Positions 19,121 through 29,289 of a stretch of DNA of 64,000 bases are shown here, piece by piece. Origin of the DNA: an uncultured Acidobacteriota bacterium (lineage in GTDB: Bacteria; Acidobacteriota; UBA6911); assembly GCA_963827655.1 (NCBI GenBank), contig CAWHCF010000013.1:32001-96000 (forward strand). The letters are read 5' to 3'. Under the pieces are notes generated by a model. That model searched no databases. It saw only the letters and a list, made by a program, of their open reading frames with translations, and was not told where the DNA came from. A program made the translations under genes and the position numbers. The stretch's first letter is position 1; each line of letters begins with the position of its first letter.

Positions 19121-20401
19121 ATGACGCACGACACTGCTTTTGAGATGGCCACCTCCAGCATCCGTTTCGGACCAGGGGTCACGCGCGAGATTGGCATGGA
19201 TCTCGCCGACATGAATATCAAACGGGTCATGGTCCTTACCGATCCCAATCTGAGCCGGCTGGCTCCGGTGGCGACTGTTCTTGAATCCCTCTCTGACAGC
19301 AAGATCGAGTTTGTGCTTTTTGACCGCGTGCGCGTGGAGCCGACCGATGCCTCGTTCCGCGAGGCCATCGCCGTAGCGGCCCAGGGGAGGTTCGATGGCT
19401 TTGTCGCGGTGGGGGGCGGCTCGACGATTGACACGGCCAAAGCCGCCAACCTGTACTCGACCTATCCGCCTTCGGATTTTCTGGACTATGTCAATCTGCC
19501 GGTCGGAAAAGGGCTGCCGGTCCCCGGCCCGTTGAAACCGCTCGTGGCCGTGCCCACGACCGCAGGCACCGGAAGCGAGACCACCGGGATCGCGATTTTC
19601 GACTACACGGCGCTCCACGCAAAGACCGGCATCGCGCATCGGCGCCTGAAACCGACGCTTGGCATTCTCGATCCGGACAACACGCGAACCCTCCCGCCGC
19701 AGGTTGCTGTGGCCAGCGGCTTCGACGTCCTGAGCCACGCGATTGAATCATTCACCGCAATGCCTTTCGATCGCCGTCCGCGACCCGAGCGTCCGACCCT
19801 GCGGCCGGCGTACCAGGGATCCAATCCGGTCAGTGACATCTGGTCGCTCGAGGCGCTGCGGATGGTCGCAAAGTATCTGGTCCGCGCCGTGGAGGATTCT
19901 TCCGACGAAGAGGCGCGCGCGCGCATGCTTCTGGCAGCTGCCTGCGCCGGGATCGGCTTCGGGAATGCGGGAGTTCACTTGCCGCATGGAATGTCCTATC
20001 CAGTTTCCGGCATGGTCCGAAAGTTTCGCCCGGAGGGCTATCCGGTTGAACATCCCTTGGTACCTCATGGGATGTCGGTCATCTTGAATGCGCCGGCTGT
20101 GTTTCGGTTTACGGCGGAGGCATGCCCCGATCGGCATCTGATCGCGGCGGAAATCCTGGGCGCCGACGTGTCGCGCGCCCATCCGGCGGATGCGGGCAAG
20201 ATCCTCGCCGATCGAATTACGGGCTTGATGCGGCGGCTTCAGGTGCCGAACGGGCTGCGCGAGCTCGGTTACGACCGCGCCGACATCCCTGCCCTGGTCG
20301 CGGGCACGGTTCCTCAGCACCGCGTGACAAAGCTGTCACCGCGCCCCGCCGGCGAACCGGAGCTGGCGCGTTTGTTCGAGGAGGCGCTGGTGGCGTGGTA
20401 A
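19121..20401 (+). CDS. Hydroxyacid-oxoacid transhydrogenase (iron-containing ADH family)
   Basis: GGGSTIDTAK, PTTAGTGSE, RPAYQGSNP, GVHLPHGMSY and VPHG motifs. Confidence 0.9.
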   Translation: MTHDTAFEMATSSIRFGPGVTREIGMDLADMNIKRVMVLTDPNLSRLAPVATVLESLSDSKIEFVLFDRVRVEPTDASFREAIAVAAQGRFDGFVAVGGGSTIDTAKAANLYSTYPPSDFLDYVNLPVGKGLPVPGPLKPLVAVPTTAGTGSETTGIAIFDYTALHAKTGIAHRRLKPTLGILDPDNTRTLPPQVAVASGFDVLSHAIESFTAMPFDRRPRPERPTLRPAYQGSNPVSDIWSLEALRMVAKYLVRAVEDSSDEEARARMLLAAACAGIGFGNAGVHLPHGMSYPVSGMVRKFRPEGYPVEHPLVPHGMSVILNAPAVFRFTAEACPDRHLIAAEILGADVSRAHPADAGKILADRITGLMRRLQVPNGLRELGYDRADIPALVAGTVPQHRVTKLSPRPAGEPELARLFEEALVAW

Positions 20402-20435
20402 CTCTCCCGTCATGCAGAGAAGAAGTTGTAGTGGA

Positions 20436-21311
20436 TTACGGCAGCCCCAGAAGCTTTGCCGGATTGACCTTGGCCATGCGGTCGACTTCGGCCTCGGTGA
20501 ATCCCTGCGCGCGCAGCGCCCGGAAGAACGCCTCCAGGCCGTCCGGATGCAGCGGGTTTCCGGCCTGGCCCAGGTCGCTCGAGATAATGCAGTGCTCGGG
20601 CCCGACGGCCCGGATAGCCGCGGCGTACGCTCCGATGTCGTACACCTTGTTCGGCCCGATCAGCGCGTTGTAGACGAATTCGAGAAATGCGCCGAGTGCC
20701 GCGGCCCGCTTCATGTCATCCACTGTCATCTTTACCGGAGGAAGCATCGCGTGTGTGACGACGATCCGGTCTACGCCGGCCGCCCGGGCTTCTCGAATCA
20801 GCATCAGGGCTTCGTCGGGGGCCGAGTGCCCCGTCGCAAGCGTCAGTTTGTGCTTGCCGATGATCGAGAGCACTTCCTTGACTTCCGCAAGTAGCGCGCC
20901 GCCTCGCGACACCGGGACATAGGGACGGTCCTCCTTGGCGTCGCGCACCTGGTTCTCGGCATCAAAGGTCGGCATCCAGACCACGCGCCCCCAGCCACCT
21001 TTGACGCGCGTCATCCGTTCGACGGCGGCCGCGTTGATCCCGCCGACGGTGCGGTTCAGCGCAATGCCGCCGAAAAGCTCGATCCCGGGAACCTCCTTGC
21101 GCGCCAGGTAGGCCAGCGACGCCGTCGGCTCGTAGTGATTCTTGAGCACCAGCGCTCGCATGCGGCGGCTCTTCGCAAGCTTGGCCGCGTCGATGGCGTC
21201 AATCGAGCGCGGAACGCTGTCGGGATCGGAGTGGACGTGGATGTCGACGACTCCCTGCAAGCCCTGCGCCCAGAGCGCCGCCGGCAAGAAAAGGAAAGCG
21301 AGAAACCTCAT
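20436..21311 (-). CDS. DUF6282 / amidohydrolase-like protein
   Basis: DIHVHSDPD, LKNH, LATGH, VTH and SSDLGQ motifs. Confidence 0.8.
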   Translation of the reverse strand: MRFLAFLFLPAALWAQGLQGVVDIHVHSDPDSVPRSIDAIDAAKLAKSRRMRALVLKNHYEPTASLAYLARKEVPGIELFGGIALNRTVGGINAAAVERMTRVKGGWGRVVWMPTFDAENQVRDAKEDRPYVPVSRGGALLAEVKEVLSIIGKHKLTLATGHSAPDEALMLIREARAAGVDRIVVTHAMLPPVKMTVDDMKRAAALGAFLEFVYNALIGPNKVYDIGAYAAAIRAVGPEHCIISSDLGQAGNPLHPDGLEAFFRALRAQGFTEAEVDRMAKVNPAKLLGLP

Positions 21312-21446
21312 CGGTCAGTGTTCTCCTTTGGGCTTTCTGGCGTCCGACCCTGGGAATCTCAGGTCGTGCCGGGTGCTATTAGGAATATTAAAGGAAGCGC
21401 ATTCGCGCCGTGGGTCCTGCCGGTGACATAGAAGCTGGCTTCCGGC

Positions 21447-24400
21447 TCATCTTTGCAAGCTCTTCATGGCAGATGTCTTTTTTACTTGGTTCCGTCTTCG
21501 GACTTCCTCGTCCGTAGCTGCCGCGCCAGAGTTTCACCGTACTGTCGACACTTCCTGCGGCCAATCCTTTGCCATCCGGCGAAAATGCCACTGACGAGAC
21601 CATACCAACTCTAAGTCCGTTGAGAGTGACCATTTCCTGCCCTGTGATCAAATCCCAAAGCTTCACGGTCCGATCATAACTTCCGGAAACCAACCTCTTG
21701 CCGTCCGGCGAAAATGCCACTGAAGAGACCGGCTGCGTATGCCCCTTGAGAGTAAGCATTTCCTGTTCCGCGACCACGTCCCAAAGCTTAACGGTCCGGT
21801 CATAACTTCCCGAAGCCAACCTCTTCCCGTCCGGCGAAAATGCCACTGAACGAGACCGGCTCCGTATGCCCCTTGAGAGTAAGTGCTTCCTGCCCCGTGA
21901 CCACGTCCCACAGCTTCACAGTTCGGTCACAACTTCCCGAAGCCAATCTCTTCCCGTCCGGCGAAAATGCTACTGAAGAGACCGCACGCCGCATGCCCCT
22001 TGGAGAGTGAGCACTTCCTGCCCCGTGGCCACATCCCACAGCTTCACGATTGCGTCACGACTTCCCGAAGCCAACCTCTTGCCGTCTGGCGAAAATGCCA
22101 GTGACCGAACCTGACATGCCCCTTGAGAGTGAGCACTTCCTGCCCCGTGGCCACATCCCACAGCTTCACGGTTCCGTCATAACTTCCCGAAGCCAACCTC
22201 TTGCCGTCTGGCGAAAATGCCACTGACGAGACCTCCTGCCGCATGTCCCTTGAGAGTTGAGCAGTTCCTGCCCGGTGGCCACATCCCACAGCTTCACGGT
22301 TCGGTCATGACTTCCCGAAGCTAACCTCTTGCCGTCTGGCGAGAATGCCACAGAAGAGACCAGATCCGCATGCCCCTTGAAAGTAAGCAGTTCCTGCCCC
22401 GTGGCCACATCCCACAGCTTCACGGTTCGGTCATAACTTCCCGAAGCCAACCTCTTGCCGTCTGGCGAGAATGCCACTGAAGAGACCAGATCCGCATGCC
22501 CCTTGAGAGTGAGCACTTCCTGCCCCGTGGCCACGTCCCACAGCTTCACGGTTCGGTCATAACTTCCCGAAGCTAACCTCTTGCCATCGGGCGAAAATGC
22601 CACTGAAGAGACCAGACTCCGCGTGCCCCTTGAGAGTGAGCAGTTCCTGTCCCGTGGCCACGTCCCACAGCTTCACCGTTCGGTCATAACTTCCCGAAGC
22701 CAATCTCTTGCCATCTGGCGAAAATGCTAATGACAGGACCAGTTCCCACGTCTAGAGAGTGCCTTCCGTGCCCACTCCCACAACTTCTCGGCTAGGCTTC
22801 CCGAAGCCAACCTCGCGCCATCCAGCGAAAATGACGGGACTAACTCCGGATTTCCCCTGAGAGTGAGCAGTTCCTGTCCCGTTGCCACATCCCACAGCTT
22901 CAAGGTTAGGTCAGGACTTCCCGAAGCTAACCTCTTGCCGTCGGGCGAAAATGCTACTGACGCGAAGCCTCGCCGCGATGCCCCTTGAGAGTAAGCACTT
23001 CCTGCTCCCGTGGCCACATCCCACAGCTTCACGGTTCGATCATCACTTCCCGAAGCCAACCTCTTGCCGTCCGGCGAAAATGCTACTGACAGAGACCTCC
23101 CCTGCATGCCCCTTGAGAGTCAGTACGTTCCTGCCCCGTGACCACATCCCACAGCTTCACGGTTCGGTCACGACTTCCCGAAGCTAACCTCTTGCCGTCT
23201 GGCGAAAATGCTACTGAAGAGATCAGATCCGCATGTCCCCTCGAAAGTGAGCACGTTCCTGCCCAGTGGCCACATCCCACAGCTTCACGGTTCGGTCATA
23301 ACTTCCCGAAGCCAACCTCTTGCCGTCTGGCGAAAATGCCACTGAAGAGATCTGCCCTCGCATGCGGCAATGTGAATAGGTCGCCATGACAGAGTCGCCA
23401 GAAGTAATACCATTCAAAGCCGCGCAAATCCTCCTGGCCAGGCTTGGGCAAATGAGCCGTCAAGCAGCTCCCGCATACGCGCCAATGCTCGCTGTTTCCC
23501 AGGCTTGCTGAGCCAGGTTCATGTGTGCTGCATAAAGGAGCCGACGATTGGCCTGCTCCTGCTGAACCGCGCGATTGCGTTGCACGATCGAAACCACCGC
23601 GAAGACTGGCGATCACGAGAACAATGAGGGCCGCAACTCCCGCCGCGCGTAATAAACCGCGCCGATAGGCCGCGCGCTGGCGTCGCAGTTCGGCGTCGGG
23701 CATGTTCTCGGTGATCCACGCGCGGTCGAATACACGCTGCGTAAATCCGATTCCGCACCCTCAGGCTGACCATCCTCAACCCGCGTGATGCCCGACAGCC
23801 GAAGGATGCTGACCAGCGGGTTGGTCTCGTCGTCGCGGCACGCGCTTCTTTCGATGCACCTGCGCGTAGAGACTCAGCAACCCGGCCAGATCGACTTCGC
23901 TCCGCAGCATCCGCTCGCGCACGAACAGCAGGTTGTCGTCCCGCTCCCGCGCCCGGCGCGAAAAGAACAGCTCCTCGCATATCCGATCCACACCCTCGGG
24001 TCGCGTTCACGCTCGCGTCTTCGGCCACCGCCTGGCAAAGCCGCTGCGTCAGGTACGGATGCCCGCCGGTCCAATAAAGAATCCGCTTCGAGCAGCGCTC
24101 GCCGCGAGCTTCTCCTCGCGCCTTAGCCCCTGCGCCAGGGGTGCGGCTTCTGCCTCGGTGAAGTCGTGCAGCTCAATGCGCTGCCCAATGTTGAACGGCG
24201 TCGTACGCGTGTCCCGGATCAGATCCGAAGGCGTCGCCACGCCCGAGCAGGCAAAAGGTCAGTCGCTCCAGCTCCGGTTCTTCGCGTGCGGCGGTTGTAG
24301 AACTCCCGAATCCCGGCAAAGAACTCATCGGTCGAAAAGGGAAGGCTGCGGACCGAATCGATCTCGTCGATGAAGATCACCACGCGACCGACACAGCGGC

Positions 24401-24805
24401 GCAATATCACCTTCCGGATTGCCTGCAGTCCACCGCTGCAGCGGGCCGAGTCGGGTCTCGTCTTGCCAGAAATCCTCGAGCTCGTCTTCCAGATCGAGCT
24501 GCTGCCCGATCTGGCGTGAGCAGGCCGCCATACCACTGCTCGGCGCTGAGGTTCTGTCCGATCGCGGTCAGATCGAGCACGGCCACGCCGATTCCTTCTT
24601 CGCGCAGCCGCGCCGCCGTGCGCACCATGAGGGAGGATTTACCCATCTGCCGGGCGGTCAGGACGTAACAGAACTTGCCCTTGTTTGAGTCCTTCGTATA
24701 GCTCGGTGTCGGCCTGCCGCTCGACGTAGCAAGGCGGCATCGCGCCGCAGAGTCCCGCCGGTGACGTAGAAACCGCTGTTGAAGCTCGAGCCTGCTCGCG
24801 CTCAT
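21447..24805 (-). CDS. AAA_35-type P-loop NTPase fused to about 15 WD40 repeats (heavily frameshifted: sequencing error or pseudogene)
   Basis: Fragments [40 protein letters not shown], a hydrophobic segment, DLRGFEWYY, then repeated [22 protein letters not shown]. Confidence 0.8.
21525..23365 (-). repeat. Tandem ~126-bp WD40-encoding repeats with high internal DNA identity
   Basis: About 15 occurrences of the AFSP-encoding cga(a/g)aatg core at roughly 126-bp spacing; near-invariant cacagcttcacggttc and cttcccgaagccaacctcttg blocks. Confidence 0.95.
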
Positions 24806-27028
24806 AGCAAATGTTTCTCCAGATACGTTGGCGTAAAGCTGACAGCGAGGCTTCACAGATTGCGCCGACTCACCTGACATCAAGCCCTGCACTGCGCAGA
24901 CGGTAAAAGCTCTCCGGACTAGGGCACGGCTGACCTCGCAGCACCCCCCGCACCACCTCACACAGAGCAGCGTCCTGCGCTGAGAGAGACGAGCATTCGG
25001 CGCAAATGATCGCCGAAAGGTCCTTCATCGTGATCGGCCTGAGCTTCGAAGGCGGGAAGGTCCGAAGCCATGAGTCGCCATCTCGTGCAGACCACGGCGG
25101 ACAAGGTAGGGATGACCGCCCACCAGCCGGTAATAACGCGCCAGCTCCGCCTTGTTTCTGAGCGGGGAACCATAGCGCTGGTTAAGTTCTTCTACTTGTT
25201 GGAAGGTGAAATCTTCGAGCCATAGTCGGGTTCCAACGTTGAACGGCGATTGGTTCAGGTCGGTGATAAACAGGTGCGCCTCGGTCGCATAGGCTATGGC
25301 GAGCGTGAGACGCTGCCACGGACCGGCAGGATCGAGCGCCCGCCTGTTGTGCCAGGAACGAAAGAGTCCGAAGACCTCGCTGCCAAAACTCGCAGGTGAA
25401 AAGCCGAGTCGACTTCATCCAGCCCCCAGACGATGGGCGACCCGACGTTGGCAAATACCTGGCGCCGCAAGTATCGCTCGAAGTTGATGCTGGAGCTGAG
25501 ATGGGGATTCCATGCCTCATGGGGAAACACATCGAGTCGAGCTGGTCCGCAAGCAATTCTGCCAGCGTCAGAAGTAATTTGTCGATCGATTGCAGATAAG
25601 CCGCGCTGAGGTTCTGAAAATCGGTGAGCACTACCCGCGCCCCTGCCTGTCGCGCCTTCTGCAAACCTCGAGCCAGCAGCGATGTCTTGCCCACCTGGCG
25701 CGCCCCTTTGACCAAAACAATGCTGTCCTGGCGCGCAATGGCAGAGTGGAATTCGATATCTGTGCGTCGAACAATGTAAAAATCAGAATCCAGCGCGACG
25801 GCTCCACCCACAGGCTCAAGCTTCCCGCCGGAAGGTGTCGGATGAGTGGGCCCAGTCGGGCTCCGATGGGCTGAGCGGCTGGGGCGGTGGTTGGTCCTCT
25901 TTGGCGTGCTCTACAGTCTGTGGCGCGTCCCGCTTCAGCCTGGCCTCAAGCTCCAGCTCGAGCCTCAGGCTTTTCAGATCGATCAGCAAGTCCATCGAGA
26001 CCTGGTAGCGCTCTTCACGGTCTTTCGCCAGGGCCTTGCTCACAATTCTTTCGAGCTCCTGGAGGAATCTCCCGAGTGTAGCGCGCCAGCGGCGGGGGCT
26101 GCTGATTCAAGATCGCGGCCATCACCTCGGCGGACGTAACCCCTTCAAACGGCTCACGTCTCGCCGCCATTTCATAGAGCACCACCCCGAGGCTAAAAAT
26201 GTCAGTCCTGCCGTCAACCGGCCGTCCCATTATCTGCTCCGGGGACATATACCGAGCCGTTCCCATCACCTTGCCCGGGTCGGTGTCCAGCTGTCCGATT
26301 GTTGAGACTTTGCGATCCTTGACGGAGGGTCGCTCGATCAACTTGGCCAGTCCAAAGTCCAAAACTTTGACGTACCCATCGCGCCTCACCATGATGTTCT
26401 CGGGCTTGATGTCGCGATGCACGATTCCAACCTCGTGGGCTCCCGACAGAGCGCTCGCGACTTGAACCGCCACGTCGAGAAGTTCCCGCACCTTGATCGG
26501 TGAGCCCGCGAGACGCTCCCGCAGCGTCTGCCCGTCGATGAATTCGGTGGCAATGAAATACGCTCCCTCGACCTCTCCGATCTCGAATATGGTAAGGATG
26601 TTGGGATGATTCAGCGCCGATGCGGCTCGAGCTTCCCGCTCGAAGCGTCGCACCCGTTCGCGATCCTGAGTGAACTCCCTGGGCAGAAACTTGAGCGCAA
26701 TTTTACGTCCTAGACGGGTGTCCTCCGCGAGATAGACCTCCCCCATCCCTCCGGCGCCAAGCAAGGAAAGTACCTGGTAGTGGCCAATCTGTCGCCCAAG
26801 CAAAGACGCGGTTTTGTCCGCGGCGATTGCTTCGGCTTCAACGTGCAAAGCGGGCGCGGTCAGGAAGCTGCCCGCTTGGTTGTGGGCCGCAAGTAGAGCC
26901 TCCACTTCCCTTCGTAATTCCTCATCGCTGCCGCAGGCTCTCTCGACGAACGAGGGGCGCTGGCTCTCTTCGCATTCGAGCGCGGAATAGTAGAGTTCGT
27001 TGATACGCTGCCACCGTTCAGGCTTCAT
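24802..27028 (-). CDS. Ser/Thr protein kinase fused to an AAA_35-type NTPase (frameshifted)
   Basis: [10 protein letters not shown]-terminus; [19 protein letters not shown] and YMSPE; then [30 protein letters not shown] and RCQLY. The stop overlaps the next ATG (ATGA at 24802-24805). Confidence 0.82.
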
Positions 27029-27294
27029 CTTATGCCCGAGGCTGACTTCGAAAAGGCTGAGAGGGCGCCGACCTGCACTGCCGCGCCCTCCTGGTCACAC
27101 TTCTGATAGTGCTTGCAGGTCTCAATTAGTAAGGCGTGGACCCTATCTCAAAGCTGCCAAGGAATCGAAAGATTGTTCGGTTACCCGTCTCCGCTGATCA
27201 GTCAAATGATATCGGCTCAGGTAAAGAGCAAACGCAATAGCAAGAGTTACCGCAAAGACGCCAAAACGCGAAGAGAACTATGGAGTCGATGATG

Positions 27295-27876
27295 TTAGCT
27301 GTTCTTCGTAACTTGTCCCAGCTCGCGATACAGCCAGGCTCGCGCAAGGTTCCACTCTCGCATGACCGTTCGGGGGGATACCTTCAGTACTTCAGCGGCT
27401 TCCTCCACACTCAGTCCACCAAAGAACTTCAACTCAACAATCTGGGCTTTGCGTGAGTCCAGCTTGGCCAGACTCTTCAATGCATCATCCAGTGCAATCA
27501 AGTCCCGTCCCCGGTCATGTGATAGAGTCGCAGCTTCCTCGAGCGAAACCTGCACCGCTTTCCCCCCTCGCTTGGTGTAGCGACGCGACCGGGCAAAATC
27601 GACCAGGATTCGCCGCATTAGCTGGGCTGCTACTCCGAAGAAATGCGCGCGGCTTTGCCAGTGCACATTTTTCCAGTCAACCAGGCGTAGGTAGGCTTCA
27701 TTGACCAGAGCAGTGGTCTGCAGAGCATGGCCGACCCGCTCTCGCTGCATGTACCTTCTGGCCAGCCGATGCAACTCCCCGTGGACCAGCGGGAGTATTT
27801 GGTCAAGAGCCGTCTGATCACCGTCGCTCCAAGCCAGGAGCAGCTGTGTGACTTCTTTGTTAGAGGATGTCGCCAT
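27295..27876 (-). CDS. ECF-type sigma-70 factor (kinase-associated, planctomycete/acidobacterial type)
   Basis: VTQLL, LQTTALVNEAYLRL, MRRILVD, ELKFFGGL and ARAWL motifs. Confidence 0.93.
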   Translation of the reverse strand: MATSSNKEVTQLLLAWSDGDQTALDQILPLVHGELHRLARRYMQRERVGHALQTTALVNEAYLRLVDWKNVHWQSRAHFFGVAAQLMRRILVDFARSRRYTKRGGKAVQVSLEEAATLSHDRGRDLIALDDALKSLAKLDSRKAQIVELKFFGGLSVEEAAEVLKVSPRTVMREWNLARAWLYRELGQVTKNS

Positions 27877-28174
27877 TCCGCTTCCGAGGTTTAAACATCG
27901 CCGCTGAGGACCAGCTGCTCGAGTCTAGCATCGATCCTAACAGTCAGGCCAATATGCTCTAAAATCACCCCGCGATGAGGCTTGGAGTCTAATACGGTTT
28001 GGGCTCCCTGGATTGGACCAAGCTTGTTTAGGGCTCTGCTTACGAGGTGGCGGCTTCCTTAATATTTACGGCGCGCACCTGCAACGCGCCCTCCCGGTTG
28101 AGATTCGATGCTGTTTGCTTTAGTCTAAAAATATCGATGTTATCAGGCAATCGAAAAGGGAAGCGGCGGGTTCT

Positions 28175-28232
28175 TGGAGTGCGGTAGCTTGTTAAGCTTG
28201 TTACCGCCCTGGTTGGCGAAGCTTGCTTCGCC
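28175..28232 (+). repeat. REP-like palindromic element TGGAGTGCGG...TACCGC...GGCGAAGCTTGCTTCGCC
   Basis: Two hairpins; a related copy lies inverted at 42441-42487. Confidence 0.7.
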
Positions 28233-28313
28233 TTGTGCAAGCAACGAACTTGCGAATTGCATGCCTCTGGTTTTCGGGCGCCGTGTCACCTGGAGAGGAG
28301 GCGAGGAGCCGAA

Positions 28314-29189
28314 ATGACAGCAGCGACGAAAGCAGCGCCGGCGCGTCGGGACACTATCGATCAAGTGATCGAAGCGCTGAACGATGTCGTGGACAGCGCA
28401 CGGCGCGAAGGGAGTCGCCTGGGGTATTTTGCCGCGCTGTACCGCAACGTAACCATCGAGGTAAAGCGAGGCATCGCTCAGGGACGATTCGACGACGGCG
28501 GACGCATGGAGCGCTTCGACGTGATATTTGCGGGTCGCTACCTGGCGGCGCTTGAGTCTTACCGCCGGGGCGAGCGAACCAGTCAATGCTGGGTGACCTG
28601 CTTTCAAAGCTGCCCTCAGTGGCGGCCGATCGTCCTTCAGCACCTGCTGCTCGGAATGAACGCCCACATCAATTTTGACCTCGCGGTCGCCGCTGCAACG
28701 ACGGCGCCCGGTCAGGAACTCGCGGCTCTCAGGCGCGATTTCGATGAGATCAACAATATCCTTTCGGCCATGATCGGAGGCGTCCAATACCGTCTCTCCC
28801 TGATCTGGCCCTGGATGTGGCTGTTGGACCGCATCGGCGGCAGAACACAAAACGCCATCCTCAACTTCTCCATCGAGCACGCGCGGCGGGCGGCCTGGGC
28901 GGCCGCCGAACGCCTGGCTTTCATCGATCCGGGGCGGCGCGATGCCGAGCTCGAAGAGCTGGACCGAAGCGCAGCGCGGATTGCTCATCTGGTCCGGAAT
29001 CCTCCTCTGACCATTCGCCTCGCCAACCTCTGGGTCCGAATGGGCGAACTGCGCGACATCCGAAAGATCATTGACTGTCTCTGTCTAGGGCTTCACCGTC
29101 TCCGTGTCCTGGCGGCTGGCTTTTTTCTGCACGCGCCAAGGAGCTCCAGGGGGGGGCTGCGCTTGACTTTGCCAAACCGCGTGTGCTAG
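28314..29189 (+). CDS. DUF5995 family protein (true 3' end may be about 29088)
   Basis: LGYFAALY, FAGRY and LLLGMNAHINFDL motifs; GAGGAG RBS. Confidence 0.8.
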   Translation: MTAATKAAPARRDTIDQVIEALNDVVDSARREGSRLGYFAALYRNVTIEVKRGIAQGRFDDGGRMERFDVIFAGRYLAALESYRRGERTSQCWVTCFQSCPQWRPIVLQHLLLGMNAHINFDLAVAAATTAPGQELAALRRDFDEINNILSAMIGGVQYRLSLIWPWMWLLDRIGGRTQNAILNFSIEHARRAAWAAAERLAFIDPGRRDAELEELDRSAARIAHLVRNPPLTIRLANLWVRMGELRDIRKIIDCLCLGLHRLRVLAAGFFLHAPRSSRGGLRLTLPNRVC

Positions 29190-29289
29190 ACGGGTAGTCA
29201 TCACGGGAAATCAAATCACCTCGCTGAACTCCTTGGTCCTTTGTCGGCGCCCGCCTGATCGCCGGCGCCGAACGTGAAAGGAACGTGAT

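Noticed and set aside
21525-23365. Regularly spaced repeats as a CRISPR array
   Set aside because: The units are 126-bp coding WD40 repeats with no unique spacers, and there are no cas genes.
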